Positions 14,408-29,458 of a stretch of DNA of 64,000 nt are shown here, piece by piece. The notes below the pieces were generated by a model, which had not been told where the DNA came from, ran no database searches, and saw only the letters and a program-made list of their open reading frames with translations. The stretch's first letter is position 1; the number at the start of each line of letters is the position of its first letter. Where the stretch lies: assembly GCA_043228905.1 (NCBI GenBank), contig JBHGNT010000013.1:13826001-13890000 (forward strand), given 5' to 3'. Both the position numbers and the translations under genes were made by a program. Source of the stretch: Azolla caroliniana. Its lineage: Eukaryota; Plantae; Polypodiophyta.

Positions 14408-15441
14408 TTAGGTTGAAATTGCCTTCTCATTGTTGTGATATTTGGTTGCAACATGAACGAAATCCAATGTGTGTGTATATATATATATATTATATTTCAT
14501 GATTGGCCTAGATGGAGTTCTATCCAAATGGACAATAGTTCATATTATATTCACTCTAGTCACATGATACCTTGTCCTATCCCAATTCATTATTCCATCA
14601 ATGCACTAGGTATAATATTAGAGCTCATCAATTGTGAAAATCATAAAATATTTCACAATATGTTAAGGGCCTAATCGACTATGGTGCTCACAATTCTCAG
14701 TTGTTTTGCACTTTAGAAGATCGTTTAGAATGTGCTAGCACAAGATGATGTTTATTAATTGAAGATGTGTGCCACTCAATGGTTGATGATGATGACGTAT
14801 CATCAATTTATTATAAAAATAGAAATCAAAATATGAGCATACTATAAAATCTAGCCTATGCAAGTTTCCATTTTAGTGGTTAAAAATGGAGATCCATCAT
14901 ATATCACACTATCATTTTAAGTATTAGATGTACAGTTAAACAATAGGTCAATGGTTGACAATCTAGTTAACTATGACCATTGTTATCCAAGGTGTAACTA
15001 ACAAGATGTCATTGGCAAATTAATAGGTCCATTTGAAGTCTATTGGACTATACGTTAATAACAGTGATGCACACTTTATATAATATTTGAGAAACCACAA
15101 TGATGAACACAATTTTTAGCGTGAAACAACTCTAAAGATAAATTGGCACGTGTTTGGGGTTTGCAGTTACAGAGGAGGGCATTGACAATAACAACGACTT
15201 CACACCATTTGTTGTGGTGAAGAAGAAGGATTGCGAGTTTTGGGCGATTGTATAAACAGAGATGTATCGAGAGAGAAATGGCTTAAAACATTGGTGAGAA
15301 CTAGGGAGGTGAAAATAACATGATGTGTGTGCGTGTATATATTGATTCCTCAAGCCAACACAAAGATCATCAAAGGCAAACCGTAAGGGGGAAGTTTCCT
15401 TTTAAGGCAATATGAAGGTGAACCCATGAACCATAGCAATA

Positions 15442-15841
15442 ACAATCGGCCATGGTTCGGTTTGAGGGTGGCAAAATCGTACTGTTTAAAAATTTTGAAA
15501 CTTGAACCAAACCGAACCAACCACGAAACCATTTAAACCAAAACTGTTAGAAAAAATCTAAACTGTTAAACCATTAAACCGTTAAATCAGCGGTTTTGTG
15601 GTTCGGTTTCGGTTTTCAACTTAGGTCAAAATTCAAAATTTCAAATTTAAAATTTCCATTATTTCAAATTTTGAAAGATTTTTCCTAAAATGGGAGAGTT
15701 AGGCTTAAAAATGAAAAGGTTGTTTAAAATCAATATTAAAAAACCATCAAACCGTTTAAAAAAACTTAAAACTTGAACCGAACCGTTTAAACCATTAACC
15801 CACGGTACGGTTCGGTTTGGAACCGAACCGTTGACGATTGT
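15442..15841. mobile_element. MITE with imperfect TIRs of about 21 bp, flanked by TA (Tc1/mariner-Stowaway-like), AACCG-rich
   Basis: Left end ACAATCGGCCATGGTTCGGTT; the reverse complement of the right end is ACAATCGTCAACGGTTCGGTT. TA on both flanks. Confidence 0.7.
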
Positions 15842-16140
15842 TACATACTACTAGGCAAATGAGACTGAATTGTCACATGGTTCGAGAGATGGAGGGTTTT
15901 TAGGGCGTGAGAGGTGGTACTCGCACATGACGTGGTGAAACCTGAAGCTGGACCGAAAGATAGATGGATGTCCGCCTGCCCGGCCACCCCATGGGCATTT
16001 TGGGTGGAGAGACCCACCAGGGGTTGGCTCTCCATCAACTAAACAGAACATAAAGATATATGACCTTACAAGTTAGAACTTAGGAGTGAGGAAAAAAAAC
16101 AGTTGGAAAAAACACATACAAGGCACCCCTCCTCTTCATA

Positions 16141-16308
16141 CATACCTGATGGTAAGGAATGATGGGTATTACATAGATTCAGAGTTTGCTTTTGTGCATA
16201 TCTGATGGTAAGGAATGATGGGTATTACATAGATTCAGAGTTTGCTTTTGTCCATATCTGATGGTAAGGAATGATGGGAATTACATAGATTCAGAGTTTG
16301 CTTTTGTG
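16141..16308 (+). repeat. 56-bp tandem triplication spanning the PPR start codon
   Basis: Units start at 16141, 16197 and 16253: CATA(C/T)CTGATGGTAAGGAATGATGGG(T/A)ATTACATAGATTCAGAGTTTGCTTTTGT(G/C). Confidence 0.97.
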
Positions 16309-19176
16309 GGCCTATTGAAAGAATGCTCACGGAAGAATTGCAAGAAGAAGAATGATGTGGTTGAAGGATGTAGACTACATGCCGAGATTCTGAGAAGGAA
16401 AGGTTTGCTGGAAAAGAGTCCTTACCTTGCCAGTGCTCTCATCAACATGTATGCTAAATGGGGTATGCTCTCAAAAGCACAAGAAGTCCATGATACCCTA
16501 CCTGTCCATGATCTTGTCTCTTGCAATACCCTCATCGCAGGGTATGCCCACCATGGCCATGGATACGAAGCTTTGAATTGCTATGGGAACATGTACAAGG
16601 AAGGTATTTCCCCAAATGCAATCACTTTTACTTGCATCCTCAAGGCTTGTGGCAACATCAGGGATTCTCATAAGGGCAAACAACTACATTGTGATGTAAT
16701 GAGGAGGGGGTTATTGAAGGAGAATGCTGTAATTGGAAACGCATTGGTTGATATGTATGTGAAATGCGGTATGCTTTCAAAAGCCCATGAAGTGCTTGAT
16801 GAGCTTCCTATAAGAAACACAGTGTCTTGGTCTTCCATTATTGGCGGTTATGCTGAACAATGGAGAAATTTTGAAGCATTAGATTGTTTTGAACAGATGC
16901 AGAGTGAGGGGCTCTCGCCTGATGCCATTACCTACATCTTTGCTTTGAAGGCTTGTGCCAATACGAGGTCTGTTCATCGAGGGAAAAAGATCCATAATCA
17001 GATTATTGCAAAAGGTTTTCTCAAGCAAAACCTTATGCTTGGCACTGCATTGGTCGATATGTATGCTAAATGCGGAATGCTCACAAAATCTCGAGAATTG
17101 CATGATAAACAACCTCTCCGAGATGTCATCTCTTGGAATGCACTTATCTCTGGCTATGTTGAATATGAGCATGACCATGAAGCATTACAATGCTTTGAAC
17201 TGATGCAGAATGAAAATGTTTCTCCAGATGTCGTCACTTTCATTTGCATCTTGAAGGCTTGTGGGAGCAGAAAAGCTTTTGAAATGGGCAAACAAATCCA
17301 TGATGAGATTGTTGCTAGGGGTATTTTAGAGAATAATGTGATGCTTGGAACTGCATTGGTTGATATGTATGCCAAATGTGGTATGCTTGCAAGAGCAGAA
17401 CATGTTCTTGATTCTCTTCCCACCCGAACTGCAGTGTCTTGGTGTGCACTGGTTTCAGGGTATTCTCAAAAGGGGCAAGGTCGTGAAGCACTAAACTGTT
17501 TTGAAAGAATGCATCGAGAAGGTTTCTCTCCGGATGTCGTCACATCAATTTGCATCTTGAAAGCTTGTGGAGACATTGGAGCTATTGAAAAAGGCAAGAC
17601 ACTTCATGCTGAAATCATATGTGAGGGTTTGTTGGAGAAAGATATTGTGCTTGGAACAGCTTTGGTGGACATGTATGCGAAATGTGGTATGCTTGAAAGA
17701 GCACAAGAAGTGTTCGAAGAGCTTCTGCATCGAAATACTGTAACGTGGAATTCCCTTATCTCTGGTTATGTGAAACAGGGGCAAGCACATGATGCCCTAA
17801 ACTGTTTTGAACTCTTAGAAAGGGAGGGCATGGAACCTGATGGAATCACCTTTATTTGTATGTTGAATGCTTGTGGCATAGTGGGAGCATTTGATAAGGG
17901 CAAACAAATTCATGATGATATTCTCGCACGAGGCTTGTTGCACAAAAATATTAGCTTGGGCAATGCCTTGGTGGGTATGTATGCCAAATGTGGTATGCTA
18001 GAGAAAGCACAAGAAGTGCACAATAATCTTCCCTTTCGAGACGTTGTCTCGTACTCTATACTAATTGCAGCATATGTAGAGAAGGGGCAAGGTCACGAAG
18101 CTTTGAAATGTTTCGATTGCATGCAAAGTGATGGAATCTCTCCAGATGTGGTCATCCTTACTTCCACTGTGAAGGCATGTGGAATCATCGGATCTCATTA
18201 CACGGCAAAACGAATCCATAATGAAATTGCTAATAGGGGTTTGCTCGAAAAGACTCCAGTGCTTGCCAATGCATTGGTTGATATGTATGTCAAATGTGGT
18301 TTACTTGCAATAGCTCAGAAAATACATTTTGAGCTTCTTTTCCGAGACATAGTGTCGTGGTCTGCATTGATTGCAGGGTATGCACAACAAGGGCAAAGCA
18401 ATGAAGCATTGGCATGTTTTCAACAGATGTATACTGAGGGTATTTCTCCGGATATGGTCACTTTCACTTGCATATTGCAGGCTTGCGGCAACATAGGAGC
18501 CCTTGACACAGGCGTGCGAATTCATGAAGAGGTTGTGTATGGGGGATTTCTGGAGGATGAACATGTGGTGCTTGGTAGTGCTTTGGTGGATATGTATGTA
18601 AAATGTAACGAGCTTGTGAGAGCACAAAAAGTGCACGATGAGCTTCCTATGAGAAATACAGTCACTTGGAATGCACTAATGACAGGGTACACCCGAGAGG
18701 GACAATACAATGAAGCATTACATTGTTTTGAGCAGATGCAAAGAGAAGGCATTGCTCCGGATACAATCACGTTTATATGTGTGTTGAGTGCATGTAGCCA
18801 CTCGGGGAAATTGAATGAAGCTCAGATTTATTTCCATGAAATGAGCACAAGATATGGAATTTCACCAAGCTGTGAGCATCATACTTGTATGGTAGCGGTT
18901 TTTGGAGGTGTAGGGCAGTTTGAAAAGGCAATGTCAGTTATTAAGACAATGCCTTCTTCAGATTATATTCCAGTTTGGGTTGCTCTTCTTTCAGCGTGCC
19001 GGAAATGGGGGAATGTGGAGCTCGGAAGATTTGCATTTGATCGGGCATTATGCATTGATAGCAACCTCGGCGAAGCTTACGCCCTTATGTCTACTCTTTA
19101 TGCTGTTGCTGGAATGCATGAGCACGCAAGAAAGGTCAAAGCCATGAAAGTAAAAATGTTGCGTCTTGGGGAATAA
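16261..19176 (+). CDS. PLS-class pentatricopeptide repeat protein with C-terminal E domain and no DYW (organellar RNA-editing factor type), 971 aa
   Basis: Intronless ORF with about 8 P-L-S triplets (ALVDMYAKCG / VSWNALISGY / PDxVTFICILKACG). Ends in E-type motifs HTCMV...WVALLSACRKWGNVELGR...AYALMSTLYA. Confidence 0.95.
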   Translation: MVRNDGNYIDSEFAFVGLLKECSRKNCKKKNDVVEGCRLHAEILRRKGLLEKSPYLASALINMYAKWGMLSKAQEVHDTLPVHDLVSCNTLIAGYAHHGHGYEALNCYGNMYKEGISPNAITFTCILKACGNIRDSHKGKQLHCDVMRRGLLKENAVIGNALVDMYVKCGMLSKAHEVLDELPIRNTVSWSSIIGGYAEQWRNFEALDCFEQMQSEGLSPDAITYIFALKACANTRSVHRGKKIHNQIIAKGFLKQNLMLGTALVDMYAKCGMLTKSRELHDKQPLRDVISWNALISGYVEYEHDHEALQCFELMQNENVSPDVVTFICILKACGSRKAFEMGKQIHDEIVARGILENNVMLGTALVDMYAKCGMLARAEHVLDSLPTRTAVSWCALVSGYSQKGQGREALNCFERMHREGFSPDVVTSICILKACGDIGAIEKGKTLHAEIICEGLLEKDIVLGTALVDMYAKCGMLERAQEVFEELLHRNTVTWNSLISGYVKQGQAHDALNCFELLEREGMEPDGITFICMLNACGIVGAFDKGKQIHDDILARGLLHKNISLGNALVGMYAKCGMLEKAQEVHNNLPFRDVVSYSILIAAYVEKGQGHEALKCFDCMQSDGISPDVVILTSTVKACGIIGSHYTAKRIHNEIANRGLLEKTPVLANALVDMYVKCGLLAIAQKIHFELLFRDIVSWSALIAGYAQQGQSNEALACFQQMYTEGISPDMVTFTCILQACGNIGALDTGVRIHEEVVYGGFLEDEHVVLGSALVDMYVKCNELVRAQKVHDELPMRNTVTWNALMTGYTREGQYNEALHCFEQMQREGIAPDTITFICVLSACSHSGKLNEAQIYFHEMSTRYGISPSCEHHTCMVAVFGGVGQFEKAMSVIKTMPSSDYIPVWVALLSACRKWGNVELGRFAFDRALCIDSNLGEAYALMSTLYAVAGMHEHARKVKAMKVKMLRLGE

Positions 19177-19219
19177 CTGAAAACATATTCCATTGGATCA
19201 TGCTTCCATTTGTGGGTTA

Positions 19220-19795
19220 TATTGGGGGGGGATCACATCGTTTTGACACATTTGATATACAAAATGGATGTCCCCCGACAACACCTTACGGCTGTCAGGT
19301 TTGGATAGATAGAGACCGGTTTGGGGCACTTGCATGCAAGTGCAGAGACACTATAGTACTGGGATGAGAGACCCCTTGGGAAAATTTCCCACAATCAAAA
19401 CTTCAACATGGTATCAGAGCCAAGTCCAACATCTAGTCACTTAAAAAGTGAGCAAGTTTGAAGTCGTAAAAATGAATACGTTAAAAATCCCCCGGCCAAA
19501 GTGTGCAAGCTCGACCTCTGCGCCAAAAAGTGCAACATTGAACCTCGAAGCACGCGGACAGCTACTATCTCTGAAATGAGAAGAACTGGTCCCTAATGGG
19601 TGTTTTGGAATGTGGTTCCCAGCTTGAGGCTGCCTTAAATTCAATTGGCAAGTGGTCCCTAACACCTTAAGGTTTTATGGTTTGGATGGATAGACCTGTT
19701 TTGGGAACCTTCTAGAGAAACATGCAAATGTGGAGACACAATAGACAATATGAGTATGTGTGACCTCCAATGTTTTTCCTAAAAAATTCCAATCC
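19220..19795 (+). mobile_element. TRIM-like non-autonomous LTR element
   Basis: ...TCAACA is followed directly by the tRNA-iMet PBS TGGTATCAGAGCC (19409-19421). Diverged direct repeats AACACCTTA.GG...GGTTTGGAT.GATAG...CATGCAA.TG..GAGACAC at 19280-19360 and 19661-19750; short non-coding interior. Confidence 0.65.
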
Positions 19796-20229
19796 AAGCT
19801 ATGACTATTTTTTGGCTCAGAGTATCTGCAGAAAAGCTAGATATCAAGACATGATCAGTGAGCTACATATTTACAGGAGTAGTAGAGGATATGGAGATTT
19901 TTCTCAATGATTCAAGAAAGAGATAATGCTTTACTCTCTAATGGACATAACACATCATGGACCATAGAGATAGATGTAGACTTCTATCCGCATGTGATAT
20001 TAACAAACATTTATACTACAAGGACTCTTTATGTGAGATACGAACTGTTTATCTGTACTGGGCTTGTATATTACATCCCATATATTGGTGGTGATATATT
20101 TGTCGAATGAAGTCATTCATCAAAACTGATTTGTAGTCATTCATACAATTGACATAGTTATCCAAATGGACCTGGTTGTTGTATATCCATGGTTCTAAAA
20201 TAAAAATGGATACATTTATATTTCAAGTT

Positions 20230-21000
20230 TCTAGACCCATTACATTATCGTGTCAATAGGGTCAAGAAGGATGAGATCACCAAACTGTTCAAGGAATAAT
20301 CAAGGATAATAGACAATGTAATTAGAGTAAGCTATCTTTGTGTGTCTCATTTTACTATTATTATTATGAAAAAGCAAGTGAATTATTAGCATATGTTATT
20401 TAAATAGGGCATCCTTGAAGTTTTGTTCTATAGTCTTCATGGTTCCCACAAGTTCTTGCTTTTGAATTCACTCCTAATTCACATTGTTGCCACTTTCCAA
20501 CAATTTGATGAACGATAATTTTATGATGAAGCGGGTTGCTTTGTGGTGGTTTTCATGGGCGAGATTTTGATTCAAAGGTTGCAAGCTTGGGGATATTGTG
20601 TCATTTACAATTCCCCAACAACAATAGTTTGCCAAGAAGTTTAAGCGTGGAAAATTTCTCAGCATGATCACATTACTAAGAATACGGGTTAAATTGAATT
20701 GTATGGAAATGCTAATTTTTGGCTTGATATATTTTTTATGATGCTTTGTATTATTGGTGGGAACCTTCAATATGTGGTGAACCCTCGGAAAGAAAATACT
20801 AATGTACAAAGTTTGCTTTAAAGCACAACAAGAAGTTTCAAGAATTGTAGCTAGAAATATCATGCAACCCACTTGATATGTGCCTCACATGATACACAGA
20901 CTCTATTATTTCTTAGTTTTGTCATGGTTGAGTTTGTAATGATCATGGCTTTACGATTCCCTCTCATCTAATTATTAAAGGATGATGCATACGAAGGGCT
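20230..21000 (+). mobile_element. Possible highly decayed Ty3/gypsy pol relic
   Basis: Weak remnants DEITKLF...VIRVS...IIMKK (RT start-like) and IQRLQAWGY (integrase zinc-binding-like), with many stops. Confidence 0.25.
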
Positions 21001-21468
21001 AAATTATAAGAGAGAATGCATCTCTAATAATCGTTGGATCCTCATCAACACCATTGGGATCGTGGTAGCTTGTAAATTTTGTCATAGATATTTAGTAATT
21101 CTTATTTCTTTGTCATAAATTTTTTATTGTTCCCAAAACACTAAGGTGTGAACTGAATTGGTACGATTTTATGGTTAGATTTTCAAATTTCTCATGATTT
21201 GGGAACATGACAAAACAAGCAAATACCTCACTACATCCAAGTAAACACATTGAATGCATAGGAAAGCACTTAATAATACATATGATTTGCAAATATCAAT
21301 CGACAACAATTAGGCTTGAGATAAAAATGAACGACAACACTATGGCATGATGACCCACCAACTTAACGACTTAATTATCTTAGTTTAATGATTTGTGGCT
21401 TAACTACAACAAATTGTGGGACATTGTTATAGCACTAAATTAATATATAGACGATAAGTTATAACTAG

Positions 21469-21688
21469 CAATTGACAATGGTTTGTTTTGAGCAAAAATC
21501 AAAACCGTAAACCCATGGCCCCATGGCTTAACAACATAATGCCTAAATAGTTCTATTCGAGGCAAAATCAACCCACATATTTGTGACTTAATGGTTCAAT
21601 TTGAAGCGTTTATGTTCAAGGATATCTTAAATGGTTTGGTTTGAGACTCTTGAACCAAACCAAACCAAACCAAACCATCATCAAATGT
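21469..21688. mobile_element. Decayed copy of the AACCG-rich MITE
   Basis: Ends CAATTGACAATGGTTTGTTT ... AAACCAAACCATCATCAAATGT resemble CpG-decayed versions of the 15442-15841 TIRs. Confidence 0.4.
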
Positions 21689-22169
21689 CAAACAAGGGGG
21701 AATGATATACATATATATATGATTTCGGTCGCCACAATTGGTTGAATAATAACAATTCGTTATTCCAAACATGAAAAAAAGGCAACATTATCAATCAAGC
21801 GGGGCATTCGATCGAAGCAAAAGGCCATCCAAATATGGAGGCAGAGATAAGGATAAGAATGGGGAGGGGACAAGGTAGGCCGATCGGAACATGGTAGGAA
21901 TAACCTTATTAAGTAGGGAATGAGCCTGTTCGAGAGTCACCTCGCTTCGTAGCCGCATGTGTGTGTGTGTTGTGTGTTGTGTGGACAAGTAGGTGATGGA
22001 TAGATGAAGCTAAGATTTTTGAAGATGAGTTAAAAAGGCTCTCCAGAAAAATAAAAAACACACACACACACACAAAGAAATTGAGAAGAAAAAACCTCGG
22101 CCAAAGGAAAATGAAAGATTCTGTTATATAATTAAGGAATATTCTTAGAGACTGAAAACAGAACACAAA

Positions 22170-22241
22170 ACCTCTGCTCTGTTCTGCTCTGCTCTGCTCT
22201 CTCTCTCTCTCTGTCTCTCTCTCTCTCTGTGTCGCCTACCG
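22170..22241 (+). promoter_or_regulatory. Probable PGM 5' UTR exon
   Basis: CT-rich leader ending in the donor CCG|GTAAGC at 22242; acceptor TTTCAG| at 22551, before the ATG at 22601. Confidence 0.55.
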
Positions 22242-22600
22242 GTAAGCTCCCTCCGTTCCTTCTAACTGAAGCCTCTCTTCATGGCTTTCTCTTTCGTTTG
22301 ATCTCATATTTGCATGCATAGATCTGTTATCTATCTCTGAAACCAGATATTTTAAGTGGAATCATACAGATCTAGCGGTTTCTTCTTCTTCCTCCTCTTC
22401 TCTCAAATGCATATTCTCATGTTCCTGTATTTCTTCTTTGAAATTTCATATTTTTCATGAGCTTTCTTTCTTTCCACCGAATGTACATTTCACGAAGTTC
22501 CCTTGTTTCAGATGCATACCATTCATGATGTTTTATTCTTGGAAATTTCAGCTGATATTTACTGTGGATTTGGCCCCTGATCTGTTCCCGGAAGACTACC

Positions 22601-28005
<5,405 letters not shown>

Positions 28006-28649
28006 GTTTTTTCTATTGAGTAAAACGCTTTCGTCTTGTCTCTAATAAAAATATGTATAATCAGCAGCATTACTAACGGACAGGTTCTATATTGTTTGTA
28101 AGTAATTGAGAAAAGTTACAAAAATTGAAGTGTTATGCGGTATTTGATTATCGAATAAAACTAGGATACAATTTGTATCTATTCTATCATATTACTAGAG
28201 CCAAGGACATATCAATGTTATGCGTTACTCGTTTTTTTAATCAATTTTCAGCTTTATCAATTAGGAAGTTCCTTGCATTGTTTCTGAATTTTGTGAGCAG
28301 AACAAAAAAATGTATCTCTTCAGAATGATGCGCTTGTATCATAACATTTTGGCTAAAAGCCATCTCAAAAACTTGAGAGAATGTTGCCGTGGTAAAATGA
28401 ATCATTTCTTAAAGTAATCTAATAAATGACATGCTGCACATATATATATATATATATACTGTGGTTTGAACACCACTGAAAGTGTTCATAAAGTACCAAT
28501 GAATTAATTGTGACCGTAGGATACAATAGTAAGAAATATAAACAGCTTTGAACTGTCATAAAGTACCACGAACTCTATAACAATAAGGAGCAGCTATCAG
28601 AGAAAATAGCTAATTCCTTTTGCAGAGCTTACATGTCTTGGTGATCAAT

Positions 28650-29085
28650 TTAGTGGGATGGGAAATTGGTAAAATAAATTGTATGGCACAAATTAAACCA
28701 CAATCCTTACCCCGATCGTTTTAATGAACTGATTGTGAAGAATTGTGCAACCCTAAGAACTAGTGGTAAACTGATAATATAAATTTATAGCACACAAATT
28801 GAACCACAATCATTATCCATCATTTTTATGAATTTATTGTGAAGAAATTTGTAACCCTATAACATCATGCTAAATAAACTACAATCCTTGCACCAATGAT
28901 CTATTGAACTGATTGTGAAGAATTGTGCAACCCTCAAAATGATTAGTGCAAAATTGATAATGTAAACAATCCCAGGTTTGATTTAATGAACTGATTGTGA
29001 AGAGTTGTGCAACCCTAGAAATGATTAGTGAGAAACTGATAATGTAAATTTTATAATATGAAACTATCCCAGGTTTGTTTAACTA
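28650..29085 (+). repeat. Degenerate 80-120 bp tandem repeat between the convergent PGM and DCL1 3' ends
   Basis: Core GAACTGATTGTGAAGAATTGTGCAACCCT at about 28726, 28830 (diverged), 28906 and 28988. Confidence 0.85.
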
Positions 29086-29458
29086 GTACTTACTATGGTT
29101 ACAGCTTTGTTTATAAGCAATTAGCTAGAGTGTTTAGATGATAAATGTATATCATGGCTTTGTCATCTGTGTTGGCATTATGCCAAATTTGTTAAAAATG
29201 CCTTCTTTTGTTCATTATTTGAGTTCACACAAGCAATTTTTGATACACGTAATAAGTAAAGTGCAAATTAACTAATAAACAAAATGCAACTGACCTAACA
29301 TGTTCGTTCAGGTTACCCATAAGGAGGCAAACATATTCTCTTATTTATTTAACATAACAGTCCGACCTTTAGCATAGGTTTTTTGCATAAGGTCGTTTGA
29401 CAAGCTTTTTGGGAAACCATCTATTATGTCAAAACTGTTTCCCACCATAACATAGGTT

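Noticed and set aside
16498-18770. Antisense and alternative-frame ORFs within the PPR gene (similar ones within DCL1 and PGM)
   Set aside because: They are shadows of the true coding frame with no independent motifs.
19177-19260. Possible frameshifted E+ remnant (LWVILGG..H) after the PPR stop
   Set aside because: The match is weak, and the sequence is better explained as the start of the TRIM-like LTR.
28650-29085. CRISPR-like array or C/D snoRNA cluster
   Set aside because: The spacers are homologous to each other, the context is eukaryotic, and there are no convincing RUGAUGA boxes with terminal stems.
29350-29445. Two small hairpins in the DCL1 3' UTR (CGACCTT/AAGGTCG and GGGAAAC/GTTTCCC)
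   Set aside because: 7-bp stems are expected by chance.
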